From positions 6,099-70,098 of the forward strand of contig CAZWFY010000006.1 in the NCBI GenBank assembly GCA_964633415.1: a DNA stretch of 64,000 bases. Direction: 5' to 3'. Shown one piece after another: positions 34,979-44,638 of this stretch (positions within the stretch are counted from its first letter, which is position 1; every line of letters begins with the position of its first letter). Position numbers and translations under genes: made by a program. Source of the DNA: an uncultured Clostridia bacterium (GTDB lineage Bacteria > Acidobacteriota > Aminicenantia > UBA2199). The notes below the pieces were generated by a model, which made no database searches, was not told where the DNA came from, and was given only the letters and a program-made list of their open reading frames with translations.

Positions 34979-36315
34979 TATACCGTCACCTCCTTTTCAT
35001 CTAATGGTTCAGGTCCGTGTTTAATCTCTTTAATCATAAGATAAAACCATATTGCTCCAAGTAATATATAAATTATGGTGAAAATTATAATCGAAGTTAA
35101 TATTTCACCTGCAGAGACCGTGACTGAAGCTGCATCTCTTGTTTTTAACAGTTTATAAACTATCCACGGCTGTCTTCCGACCTCTGCAACTATCCAGCCC
35201 AATTGAATAGCTATGATAGGAAGAGGAATTGACCATGTCAGTATTCTGAGAATAAAAGTACTGTCGAAAAGTTTTTTTCTATAGAGCATAAGAACGGACA
35301 ATGCCATTATAAAAATAAAATAGAGTCCCAGCATTACCATGTTGTGATATGAAACAAATGTGATGAAAAGAGGGGGAAGTTCCTCTTTCGGGAAAGCATC
35401 AATTCCTTTTAACTCCATATCGGGATCACCGGAAGTAAGCCAACTTAACATCTTCGGGATCTCAATTTTAAGCATGAAATTAGGCGGGTTGCTTAAAGTC
35501 GGGATAGAGAAGACAATCAGAGGAGCACCTTTTTGTGTAGTGTAAAGACCTTCCATAGCTGCAAACTTTTCAGGTTGTGTATTTGCAACCTGTTTTGTAT
35601 GTTCGTGACCGAGAGGGAAAAGTTCAAGAATTGAGAAAATAAGCCCTGCAATAACCGCAGCTTTAAGAGAAGTTTTTGCAATAGTTTTCTGTTTGTTTTT
35701 TCTAATGAGATAGGCTGAGATACCGGCAACAAAAAATGCTCCGGTAATCAGTGCCGCATCAACAGTATGAAAAAATCTGTGAAGGGTAGAAGGATTAAAG
35801 ACAGCATCATAAAAATTTGTGAGTTCGGCTCTTCCGTTTTGAACAATATAACCCGTTGGTGTCTGCTGCCACGAATTTGCAACAATTATCCAGAATGCCG
35901 ATATTGTTGCACCGACAGCAACCATTAATGATGAAAACCAGTGAACTCCCTTTGAAACTCGATTTCTCCCGAAAAGGTATAATCCCATAAATCCCGATTC
36001 AAGGAAAAAAGCAAATACACCTTCAGCTGCTAACGGAGCACCGAAAATATCACCGACAAACTTTGAATATTCAGACCAGTTTGTTCCGAATTGGAATTCC
36101 ATAACAATTCCGGTTGCTACACCTACAACAAATGTAACTGCCAGAATTTTTGCAAAAAATTTAGCGATCTTTTGATAGATTTCACTTTTTTTCTTCCAAC
36201 CTACCGTTTCAAAATAGACAAGCATCCAAGCAAGTCCGATTGTGATAGGTGGAAAAATAAAATGGAATCCGATTGTTAGAGCAAATTGAATTCTTGCCAA
36301 CAAAACTGCATCCAT
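34978..36315 (-). CDS. cydA: Cytochrome bd ubiquinol oxidase subunit I.
   Basis: MDAVLLARIQFALTIGFHFIFPPITIGLAW is the CydA N-terminus, and a Q-loop region follows. Confidence 0.9.
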   Translation of the reverse strand: MDAVLLARIQFALTIGFHFIFPPITIGLAWMLVYFETVGWKKKSEIYQKIAKFFAKILAVTFVVGVATGIVMEFQFGTNWSEYSKFVGDIFGAPLAAEGVFAFFLESGFMGLYLFGRNRVSKGVHWFSSLMVAVGATISAFWIIVANSWQQTPTGYIVQNGRAELTNFYDAVFNPSTLHRFFHTVDAALITGAFFVAGISAYLIRKNKQKTIAKTSLKAAVIAGLIFSILELFPLGHEHTKQVANTQPEKFAAMEGLYTTQKGAPLIVFSIPTLSNPPNFMLKIEIPKMLSWLTSGDPDMELKGIDAFPKEELPPLFITFVSYHNMVMLGLYFIFIMALSVLMLYRKKLFDSTFILRILTWSIPLPIIAIQLGWIVAEVGRQPWIVYKLLKTRDAASVTVSAGEILTSIIIFTIIYILLGAIWFYLMIKEIKHGPEPLDEKEVTV

Positions 36316-36499
36316 GATTTAACCTCCTGAAAATAAAATTTTATATTTTTATTAAAATAATTACAATATGAAACGGTTTCAAGTTAAATATAATTATAAA
36401 ATTTAATTAAAAAGAAAGTCAATCTTTTTTTGTAAAATTCTTTTTGGATTTAATTTTTAATAAATTATATAATTTTTTTAAGATCATTGTGAGGTAATA

Positions 36500-37027
36500 A
36501 TGAAAAATTTTGATTTTTACAAACTAATTGAAAATAGAAGGAGCATAAGAAATTATGATCCGAAAAAAAAAATTGATAAAACAGTTATTAAGAGGATAGT
36601 TGAAGCAGGGAGAATGGCTCCTACATCCAACAATAATCAGCCTGCAAAAATAATAGTAGTAACGGGAGATGAATTTTTGCAAAAGATACGTCCTTCTTAT
36701 AAAAGAGAATGGTTTCAGAAAGCTCCTACGATATTAATTATTACAGGTAGAAAGAAATATGCATGGACACGACCGTATGACGGCTTTAACTCTTTAGAGA
36801 TTGATCTTTCTATTATGATGGATCATATGATACTTGCAGCAGAATATGAGGGCGTATCAACATGCTGGATAATAGCATTTGATAAAAATATTATTAAAAA
36901 AGCACTAAACCTTGATCAGGAAGAAACGGTTTTATGCATGACTCCTCTCGGATATCCGGAAGAAGGCTGGATTAAACCTAAAATGCCCTTTAGAAAGAGT
37001 TTGGATGAATTGGTTGAATATTACTGA
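36500..37027 (+). CDS. Nitroreductase-family protein.
   Basis: RRSIRNYDP...GRMAPTSNNNQP signature, 175 aa. Confidence 0.8.
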   Translation: MKNFDFYKLIENRRSIRNYDPKKKIDKTVIKRIVEAGRMAPTSNNNQPAKIIVVTGDEFLQKIRPSYKREWFQKAPTILIITGRKKYAWTRPYDGFNSLEIDLSIMMDHMILAAEYEGVSTCWIIAFDKNIIKKALNLDQEETVLCMTPLGYPEEGWIKPKMPFRKSLDELVEYY

Positions 37028-37042
37028 TTCTATAACTGATTA

Positions 37043-38527
37043 TTAACCGCAATGCAGAAATTCCTGAACAAGTGCCTGAAGATTATCAGCTTTTCCGAAA
37101 AGTCTTTCACTTAGATTACTATCTTTATAATTTTTAAGTTCATTGATAATATAATCGATTATTGCCGGTGGAAAAACCCCGTCTCTTTCATAAAAATCCC
37201 TCTGTTTTTTAAGTAAATCTGCAGACTCACTACAGGAAGAGGGGAGTTGCATTAGATTTTTTAATTTGGAAGCATCCTTTTCAACATAGAGTTTTTCGGA
37301 TTTATCCAAAGCATCCCGATCCTCAAGGCCGTGTAAAGCAGCCATAGTCATTCCTGCAAGAAGAAGATGAACATTAGCACTCCCGTCAGGGCTTCTTAAC
37401 TCAACTGTCTGATTATTTATATATTTTTCAGGATTTTCTTTTTCGAGTGGATTCTGGTCTCTTACCATATCACCGGCATTTACCCAACCAAGAGGGACTC
37501 TCACAAGAACAGATCTGTTTGTGTCACCCCAGCATATACTTGTTGGTGCTTCCTGATGTGGAACTAATCTTAAAAATGATGTGGGTACAGTGTTACCGAA
37601 AGCTGTTAATGAAGGAGATAATTCAAGCAATCCGGAAATAAGTTTTTTTGCCTCATCACTTAAAGCTTTATTCTTAATTAAAAGATTAGTGTCTCCATCC
37701 ATAAGTCTTGAATGAATATGAAGTCCGCTTCCAGCCTGACCGACCATTATTTTCGGCGCAAAACTGACCTCCATCTCATATTTATACGCTATCTCTCTGA
37801 CTGCCCATTTTGCAAGGACAAGCTGATCCGCCGCATCTTCAACAGGTGTTGGAAGAAACTCAATTTCATGTTGAACCATTTCAAGATCATTTGCAATTAT
37901 ATTTCCCACTTCGGCATGTCCGTATTTGATCCTGCCTCCGATTTGACTGATAACTTCCATCGCTTCTCTTCTTATGGAGCCCCATTTTGAAAAGGGATGT
38001 GATTCATGATAACCCTTTTGTTCAATAATAGGATAAATGGAATCAATTTCGGAAAGAAGGTAATATTCAAGTTCTCCGAGAGCTTCATATGTAAAACCGG
38101 TCTTTTCTTTTAGAAGATTATGAGCTTTCAGAATTATATTTTCGGGAGAACTTTCAAGAGGAGTTCCGTCTCCCTTGTAATATGAACATAATATATCTAT
38201 TGTAGGAATATTGGTGAAAGGATTTAAAAATGCGGTTTTAAATTTCGGTATTACATAAAGATCGCTTCTTGATGCTCCTATATAGGAGAAAAGACTTGAT
38301 CCGTCCACTCTCTCTCCGTTTGAAAGAAAAGAATCAAGATGGTTTTTATCATTTATTACAAAGTTTAAAGTTTTAAGTCTGCCGTCTCCTCCGATATATC
38401 GAAAATTGACCATCTTGATCTCATTTTTTTCTATATAGTAAATTATATCTTTTTTTGTAAAATCAGAAGAAGGTTTGTTCAAAAAATTGACTAAATTATT
38501 AGGACTTAACTCAATTTTTCCATTCAT
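37043..38527 (-). CDS. Glutamine synthetase-family protein (GlnA-like catalytic domain).
   Basis: 494 aa. The C-terminal region ...GNTVPTSFLRLVPHQEAPTSICWGDTNRSVLVRVP parallels the GS ...NSYKRLVPGYEAP...RNRSA.IRIP motif. Confidence 0.65.
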   Translation of the reverse strand: MNGKIELSPNNLVNFLNKPSSDFTKKDIIYYIEKNEIKMVNFRYIGGDGRLKTLNFVINDKNHLDSFLSNGERVDGSSLFSYIGASRSDLYVIPKFKTAFLNPFTNIPTIDILCSYYKGDGTPLESSPENIILKAHNLLKEKTGFTYEALGELEYYLLSEIDSIYPIIEQKGYHESHPFSKWGSIRREAMEVISQIGGRIKYGHAEVGNIIANDLEMVQHEIEFLPTPVEDAADQLVLAKWAVREIAYKYEMEVSFAPKIMVGQAGSGLHIHSRLMDGDTNLLIKNKALSDEAKKLISGLLELSPSLTAFGNTVPTSFLRLVPHQEAPTSICWGDTNRSVLVRVPLGWVNAGDMVRDQNPLEKENPEKYINNQTVELRSPDGSANVHLLLAGMTMAALHGLEDRDALDKSEKLYVEKDASKLKNLMQLPSSCSESADLLKKQRDFYERDGVFPPAIIDYIINELKNYKDSNLSERLFGKADNLQALVQEFLHCG

Positions 38528-38667
38528 TTTGCACCTCTTTTATGAAATATTACATTCGGTTTAAGATAATAGTTTAGATTTTGGAAAAATTCAAGTTTGA
38601 GATGAATTTTTCTTTACTATTTTTTATTTTTTTCTTAAAATTAAAATTCAGTAATAAAGGAGTATTT

Positions 38668-40323
38668 ATGTTTAAAAATCACCCTAAAGGTTTAATAGTG
38701 CTTTTTTTTGCAAATATGGGCGAAAGATTCGGATATTATACAATGATCCCTATATTTGTTCTTTTTTTTCAGGCTAAATTCGGACTCTCGCCTGAAAGTG
38801 TAGGAAATATCTGGTCCTGGTTTCTATTCGGAATCTATTTTCTTCCTCTATTCGGGGGTATTCTTGCCGATAGAATAGGCTATGGAAAGACAATAACAAT
38901 AGGGATAATTCTTATGATATCCGGATATGGCTTGATGGGTATACCCGGTCAGACAAGATTGTTTATTTATATGTCTCTTTTTGTTATTGCAATGGGCACA
39001 GGTTTTTTTAAAGGGAATTTAGCGGTTATATTGGGAAACCTTTATCAGGAAAAGGGGTTGAAGAAGCTCAACGATGCTGCTTTTAATATTTTTTATATGG
39101 GAATAAATATAGGTGCGTTTTTTGCTCCTTATGCAGCAACAACTTTAAGGGATTGGCTCTTATCAAAAGGAGATTTCACCTATGTGGCAAGTCTGCCGGC
39201 AATGATTCATCAATATTATAAAGGAACATTAAAAAATATCAGTGAATTTGAAAGACTTGCCCGTGCACAGATGGGTGACGGATTTACCAATTTAACCGAT
39301 TTCGGTCATAAATATATTGATGCCTTAAGCAAAGGATATCATGCGGCTTTTGCACTTGCAGGTGTCAGTATAATTATTTCTCTTATAATATTTATAGCTT
39401 TCAGAAAATATTATAAACATGCCGATTATATACATTCTAAAATGCCAGAAAGCGGGGAGAAGAGCATCGAACTGACTGCAAAACAGGTCAAAGACAGACT
39501 GGTTGCATTGGTTATGGTATTTGCAGTAGTTATATTTTTCTGGATGGCTTTTCATCAGAACGGACTTACATTAACTTGGTTTGCAAGAGACTATACTGCA
39601 AATTCCGTTTCACCGTTCACAAAGATCTTTTTCGATCTGCCTGCATTTCTTTCCATTATTGCCGTAATAATAGGGCTTGTTTTTCTTATCAAAAGATCTT
39701 CAACAAAAAAAGGAAAGCTATCCGGTTTAATGATAACTCTTACAGGTGCCGTCATATTAGGAGTCAGATATAATACATTCTCAAATTCAAACCCCATTTC
39801 TCCAGAATTGTTTCAATCTTTTAATCCGATATTTGTTGTTTTTCTGACACCTCTTGTAGTTGCATTTTTTGCATGGTTAAATAAAAGAAAAAAAGAGCCG
39901 TCATCACCAAAAAAAATTGCGATCGGAATGCTGCTTCTTGCAGCAGGGTGGCTTGTAATGGTCGTTGCAGCACACGGACTAGCCAGTCCGAAATCTCTTG
40001 CAGCAACAGGTGGTGTATCTTCAACTCTCGTAACACCTTACTGGCTTATTACCATGTATTTTACAATGACAATATCGGAACTTTTCATTAGCCCGATGGG
40101 GCTTGCTTTTGTTGCAAAGGTTTCGCCGCCTAAATTCAGAGGAATGATGCAGGGTGGTTGGCTTGCCGCAACAGCTATAGGAAATATGCTTTCCGGACAG
40201 ATTGCAAGACCTTATGCTTCTCTTCAATTGTGGCAAACTTTTTCTCTTCTTGTTATTACTTCTTTGATCTCTGCAGGTTTTATGTTCCTCATATTGAAAA
40301 AATTGGAGAAAGCAACTTCGTAA
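38668..40323 (+). CDS. POT/PTR2-family proton-dependent oligopeptide transporter.
   Basis: Start at MFKNHPKGL (AAGGAG RBS). The ExxERFxYY-type motif is GERFGYYTM, with about 14 TM helices. The longer ORF-track N-terminus is not used. Confidence 0.85.
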   Translation: MFKNHPKGLIVLFFANMGERFGYYTMIPIFVLFFQAKFGLSPESVGNIWSWFLFGIYFLPLFGGILADRIGYGKTITIGIILMISGYGLMGIPGQTRLFIYMSLFVIAMGTGFFKGNLAVILGNLYQEKGLKKLNDAAFNIFYMGINIGAFFAPYAATTLRDWLLSKGDFTYVASLPAMIHQYYKGTLKNISEFERLARAQMGDGFTNLTDFGHKYIDALSKGYHAAFALAGVSIIISLIIFIAFRKYYKHADYIHSKMPESGEKSIELTAKQVKDRLVALVMVFAVVIFFWMAFHQNGLTLTWFARDYTANSVSPFTKIFFDLPAFLSIIAVIIGLVFLIKRSSTKKGKLSGLMITLTGAVILGVRYNTFSNSNPISPELFQSFNPIFVVFLTPLVVAFFAWLNKRKKEPSSPKKIAIGMLLLAAGWLVMVVAAHGLASPKSLAATGGVSSTLVTPYWLITMYFTMTISELFISPMGLAFVAKVSPPKFRGMMQGGWLAATAIGNMLSGQIARPYASLQLWQTFSLLVITSLISAGFMFLILKKLEKATS

Positions 40324-40336
40324 AAAATAGAAGAAA

Positions 40337-40699
40337 ATGAAACTGATTGTCGGTGTTCAAGCAAAAAAAAAGATTGATCTTCTGCAAAAATCAGATAAAA
40401 AAATAAACGGTTTTCTGATCGGTACGAAAATTGCAAAATATACGGTAATAAGTGATCTTTTATTATACGGATTTAATAAAGATGATTTATCCGATGCATA
40501 CGGATCTGTTTATAAACACTGGGGATTTAAACTAAAAGGGTTTTTTTACCGTAATACCAATGTGTTGTTTGATGATTATTTTTATGAAAAAATTATAATG
40601 GAAATTAATGAAAATGGTACGGATTGCTATTTTTGCAGAATTGATTGTAATGAGAAATCTAAAAGAAAAATTGAAAAAATGAAATATATATTCATTTGA
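40337..40699 (+). CDS. Hypothetical protein (120 aa).
   Basis: ORF only. It is tightly linked to the AMMECR1 and YjbQ genes downstream (2-nt gap). Confidence 0.4.
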   Translation: MKLIVGVQAKKKIDLLQKSDKKINGFLIGTKIAKYTVISDLLLYGFNKDDLSDAYGSVYKHWGFKLKGFFYRNTNVLFDDYFYEKIIMEINENGTDCYFCRIDCNEKSKRKIEKMKYIFI

Positions 40700-40700
40700 A

Positions 40701-41258
40701 ATGACCGGATATTACAGTAATGAAGAGAGAAAGATCCTTCTGGATCTTGCAAGAAATACAATTGTTAAATATATTGAAGATGGAATAATATCGGATTTTA
40801 ATACGGATAATAATAAATTTCTTGAAAAACGCGGAGTGTTTGTTACACTTCACAAATCTTCTTCTCTTAGAGGTTGTATAGGTTACCCTCTTCCTATAAA
40901 AATCTTAAAAACGGCTGTAATAGATAATTCGATATCAGCTGCATTTGAAGATCCGAGATTTCCTCCGGTTTTATTGAATGAGATAAATGATATTGAAATA
41001 GAAATATCTGTTCTGACTGTTCCGCAGAGAGTAAATGATCCTAATGAAGTTAATGTCGGAAAAGACGGAATCATTATTTCAAATGGTCATAATAGAGGGC
41101 TTCTTCTTCCTCAAGTTCCGGTTGAACAGGGTTGGGACCTTGATGAATATCTTTCTTACGGATGTATGAAGGCAGGGCTTCCTAAAGATTTATGGAAAAA
41201 CGGTGCAATGATTGAAACGTTTCAAGCGGAAGTTTTTAGCGAAAAAGATTTCAAATGA
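40701..41258 (+). CDS. AMMECR1-domain protein.
   Basis: RGVFVTLHKSSSLRGCIGYPLP...AFEDPRFPP is the AMMECR1 signature. Confidence 0.8.
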   Translation: MTGYYSNEERKILLDLARNTIVKYIEDGIISDFNTDNNKFLEKRGVFVTLHKSSSLRGCIGYPLPIKILKTAVIDNSISAAFEDPRFPPVLLNEINDIEIEISVLTVPQRVNDPNEVNVGKDGIIISNGHNRGLLLPQVPVEQGWDLDEYLSYGCMKAGLPKDLWKNGAMIETFQAEVFSEKDFK

Positions 41259-41659
41259 CAGATATTATTAAAATAGACATCAGGACGGAAAACTATTTTG
41301 AATTTATTGATATTACAGCTGAAATAAAAAAAATTGTACGTTCATCAACAGAAGAATCGGGAATTGCGATCGTATTTACTCCGCACACGACCGCAGGAAT
41401 TACAATAAATGAAAATGCAGATCCTTCCGTCAAATCGGACATTACGAATTTTTTAATGAAAAATTATACAAGAGAGTCATATTTTCGACATCTTGAAGGT
41501 AATTCCCCGTCACATATTCTTTCTTCAATTTTTTCACCGTCTTTAACGCTGATAATCGATAAAGGTGAAATAGTTCTCGGAACATGGCAGGGTATATTCT
41601 TTTGCGAATTTGACGGACCGAGGGAAAGAAAAATATTTGTTAAGATAATCGAAGGATAA
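41255..41659 (+). CDS. YjbQ-family (UPF0047) protein.
   Basis: IAIVFTPHTTAGITINENADPSV...LEGNSPSHILSS...IVLGTWQGIFFCEFDGPR, 134 aa. Confidence 0.8.
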   Translation: MTDIIKIDIRTENYFEFIDITAEIKKIVRSSTEESGIAIVFTPHTTAGITINENADPSVKSDITNFLMKNYTRESYFRHLEGNSPSHILSSIFSPSLTLIIDKGEIVLGTWQGIFFCEFDGPRERKIFVKIIEG

Positions 41660-41690
41660 AATAGAAAGTTTTTTAATATAAGGAGATATT

Positions 41691-44465
41691 ATGAAAGTCA
41701 AAGTTTTTATTATTTTATTATCAGTATTCGTGTTCTTCTCTTTTAATATGAGTGGGAATGATTTAATAAAACCATCATTCATTCACCATAAAAAAATGGC
41801 AAAGGAATCGATATTTAAAAATTTGAGTTGGAAAAATGTGGGACCGTTTTTTCAGGGAGGCAGAATTGTTGATATTGAAGGATATGATAACTCTCCTTAT
41901 AAATTTCTGATTGCAACGGCATCGGGAGGATTGTGGATTACAGAAAACAATGCAACAACATGGAGATCGATTTTTGACAATGAATCATCAATAACAATAG
42001 GGGATATTGCGATTTCTCAGACAGATGAAAAATTGATTTGGGTAGGGACCGGTGAGGCGAATTCTTCAAGAAGTTCATATGCCGGAACCGGAATTTACAA
42101 ATCGATTGACGCAGGAAAAACATGGAAAAATATGGGATTAAAAGATTCTCATCACATAAGCAGAATTATCATTGATCCTTTGAATAATGAGACGGTATAT
42201 GTTGCGGTTTTAGGTCATCTTTACACTCCGAATAAGGAACGCGGGATTTTTAAAACAACGGATGGAGGGAAAACCTGGAAAAATATACTTTTTGTGAATG
42301 ATGAAACCGGATTTATTGATATGGTAATGGATCCGAAGGATCATAAAGTGATATATGCTTCTTCATGGGAAAAATCAAGGAGAGCATGGAATATGGTTGA
42401 GAGTGGAAAAGAGAGTTCAATATATAAAACTATTAACAGTGGCAAAACCTGGGGAAAAAAGGTGAATGGATTTCCTACCGGCAAATATACGGGAAGGATA
42501 GGCCTTTCCATATCACAAAAGAATCATAATACTCTTTATGCAATACTTGACAATCAATCATTAAGACCTGTTGAAAATGAAGGTAAAATGAAGAGTAAAA
42601 GCGGAATTACCGTCGAAGCTCTGATGAAAATGAACAAAGAGGAGTTTCTGAAAATTGGAGATTCTAAACTTGAGCAGTTCTTGAAAGAGAATAAAGCTCC
42701 CGATTCGATTACCGTCGAGATGGTAAAGGGGATGGTAAAAGCGGGAAATCTTAATCCGCAGATGATAGCCAAAATGCTGACCGATGCAAATTCGAGACTT
42801 CTTAACTCGAATGTACTTGGAGCGGAAGTGTACAAGAGTGTTGATGGGGCGGATAGTTGGAAAAAAACGCATAAAAAACCTTTGAAAAAATGGATATATT
42901 CAACTTACGGATACTATTTCGGCCAAATTAGAATTTCTCCTGAAAATGATAATATTATTTACATAATGGGAGTTCCCCTGATGAAATCTACGGATGGAGG
43001 AAAAACATTTAAGGATATTTCAACTCAGGGTGGTACCTATGGCGAAAACGGTGTACATGCCGATATGCATGCAATGTGGATAGATAAAAATGATCCGAGG
43101 AGAATATTTCTCGGCAATGACGGAGGCTTAAATATCAGTTATGATGCAGGTGAAACATGGGTTAAAATAAAAAATCTTCCTTTGGCTCAAAGCTATACTG
43201 TGAATTATGATATGTTACAACCTTTTAATATTTATACGGGTTTGCAGGATAACGGAGTTTTAAAAGGACCGAGTGATTTCAGGTTTGGTGACAGGGTTAA
43301 TATCTGGAGGAGGATCCTCGGAGGAGACGGAGCATTTGTATCACCTCAGCCTGATAATCCCGATACGGTTTATGCTGAATTCCAATTTGGAAATATTTAC
43401 AGGATTGATGTGAAAAAAGGGAAAATGAAGGAGATACAACCGGTTTCAAAGAATAAAAAATCTCCATACAGATTCAACTGGCTCTCTCCATTCACAATTT
43501 CACATTTCAATCCTTATATAATCTATATGGGAACAAATAAAATCGTAAAAAGTGTTGATAGAGGAAAAAACTGGATTGAAATATCTCCTGATCTTACGAA
43601 TAAGAAGCATATTGACGGAGATGTTCCCTATGCAACAATTGTTTCCCTTGATGAATCTCCGATAACTCCGGGAATCATATATGCCGGAACAGATGACGGA
43701 AATATATGGGTAACAAAAAACAGCGGGTCTGATTGGGAAAAGATAAATAAAGGAGTACCCGAAAAATGGGTCACACGAATTGTTGCTTCGAAGTATAAAA
43801 AAGAGAGAGTTTTTGTTACAATGACCGGATATAGAGATGATGATTTCAAAACATATATATATATATCGGATGATTTTGGTAAAAACTGGACTTCGATAAA
43901 GTCAAATCTTCCGGATGAGTCGGTAAATGTTATCAGGGAAGATCCTGTAAATAAAAACATTCTCTATTTAGGAACCGATATTTCCGTATATATTTCTTTA
44001 AACAGAGGGGAAAGCTGGGAGTCTTTAAGGGCAAATCTGCCTTCCGTACCGGTTTATGATTTGAAAGTTCATCCGAGAGATAAGAAACTGATAATTGCAA
44101 CTCACGGAAGGGGAATATATATACTTCCTTTAATAACAATTCAAAAACTGAATAAAGAAATAATGAATAGCAATCTTTATATTTTTAACCGTAAAAAGAC
44201 ATTTGTTATGAAATCCGAGGGTTTCTATTCAAAGAAAAAGTTTCTTGAATTAGAACTGTATTCAAACTCTCCGGGAGAAATGTCTTTCAAATTATTTAAT
44301 AAAGCAGGACGAATAATGAAAAATAAGATCCTTAAAAATATAACAAAGGGATTGAATACCATTAAGATCGGTTTTAACAAGAAAAAGGATAAGCTTAAAA
44401 GCGGTTTATACAGATTCATTGTTAAAAAGGGAAAAACCAAGATCTCCTGTTCCATGAAAATTTAA
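41691..44465 (+). CDS. Secreted BNR/Asp-box repeat (sortilin/VPS10-like beta-propeller) protein with a possible C-terminal T9SS sorting domain.
   Basis: Signal peptide and at least nine S/T-x-D-x-G-x-T-W repeats (DAGKTWKN, TDGGKTWKN, NSGKTWGK, STDGGKTFKD, DAGETWVK, VDRGKNWIE, NSGSDWEK, DFGKNWTS, NRGESWES). The basic beta-rich C-terminal roughly 80 aa resembles a Por_Secre_tail. Confidence 0.7.
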   Translation: MKVKVFIILLSVFVFFSFNMSGNDLIKPSFIHHKKMAKESIFKNLSWKNVGPFFQGGRIVDIEGYDNSPYKFLIATASGGLWITENNATTWRSIFDNESSITIGDIAISQTDEKLIWVGTGEANSSRSSYAGTGIYKSIDAGKTWKNMGLKDSHHISRIIIDPLNNETVYVAVLGHLYTPNKERGIFKTTDGGKTWKNILFVNDETGFIDMVMDPKDHKVIYASSWEKSRRAWNMVESGKESSIYKTINSGKTWGKKVNGFPTGKYTGRIGLSISQKNHNTLYAILDNQSLRPVENEGKMKSKSGITVEALMKMNKEEFLKIGDSKLEQFLKENKAPDSITVEMVKGMVKAGNLNPQMIAKMLTDANSRLLNSNVLGAEVYKSVDGADSWKKTHKKPLKKWIYSTYGYYFGQIRISPENDNIIYIMGVPLMKSTDGGKTFKDISTQGGTYGENGVHADMHAMWIDKNDPRRIFLGNDGGLNISYDAGETWVKIKNLPLAQSYTVNYDMLQPFNIYTGLQDNGVLKGPSDFRFGDRVNIWRRILGGDGAFVSPQPDNPDTVYAEFQFGNIYRIDVKKGKMKEIQPVSKNKKSPYRFNWLSPFTISHFNPYIIYMGTNKIVKSVDRGKNWIEISPDLTNKKHIDGDVPYATIVSLDESPITPGIIYAGTDDGNIWVTKNSGSDWEKINKGVPEKWVTRIVASKYKKERVFVTMTGYRDDDFKTYIYISDDFGKNWTSIKSNLPDESVNVIREDPVNKNILYLGTDISVYISLNRGESWESLRANLPSVPVYDLKVHPRDKKLIIATHGRGIYILPLITIQKLNKEIMNSNLYIFNRKKTFVMKSEGFYSKKKFLELELYSNSPGEMSFKLFNKAGRIMKNKILKNITKGLNTIKIGFNKKKDKLKSGLYRFIVKKGKTKISCSMKI

Positions 44466-44537
44466 TCTTTTTTAATTAATAAAACAGTTTGTTAATTTCG
44501 GATTATTTTATTAATATTTGATTTAGATTTCCTTTAA

Positions 44538-44566
44538 TTGACAATATGGTTAAAATTTAATAAAAT
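44538..44566 (+). promoter_or_regulatory. Candidate promoter TTGACA-17-TAAAAT for hppA.
   Basis: Consensus -35 at 44538-44543 and -10 at 44561-44566. Confidence 0.4.
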
Positions 44567-44638
44567 TCCAGATTAAATTTTCCCGGGCTTTAGAAGTATA
44601 TTTCGTTCAAAAACGGGAAATTCATAAGGAGATTTAAT

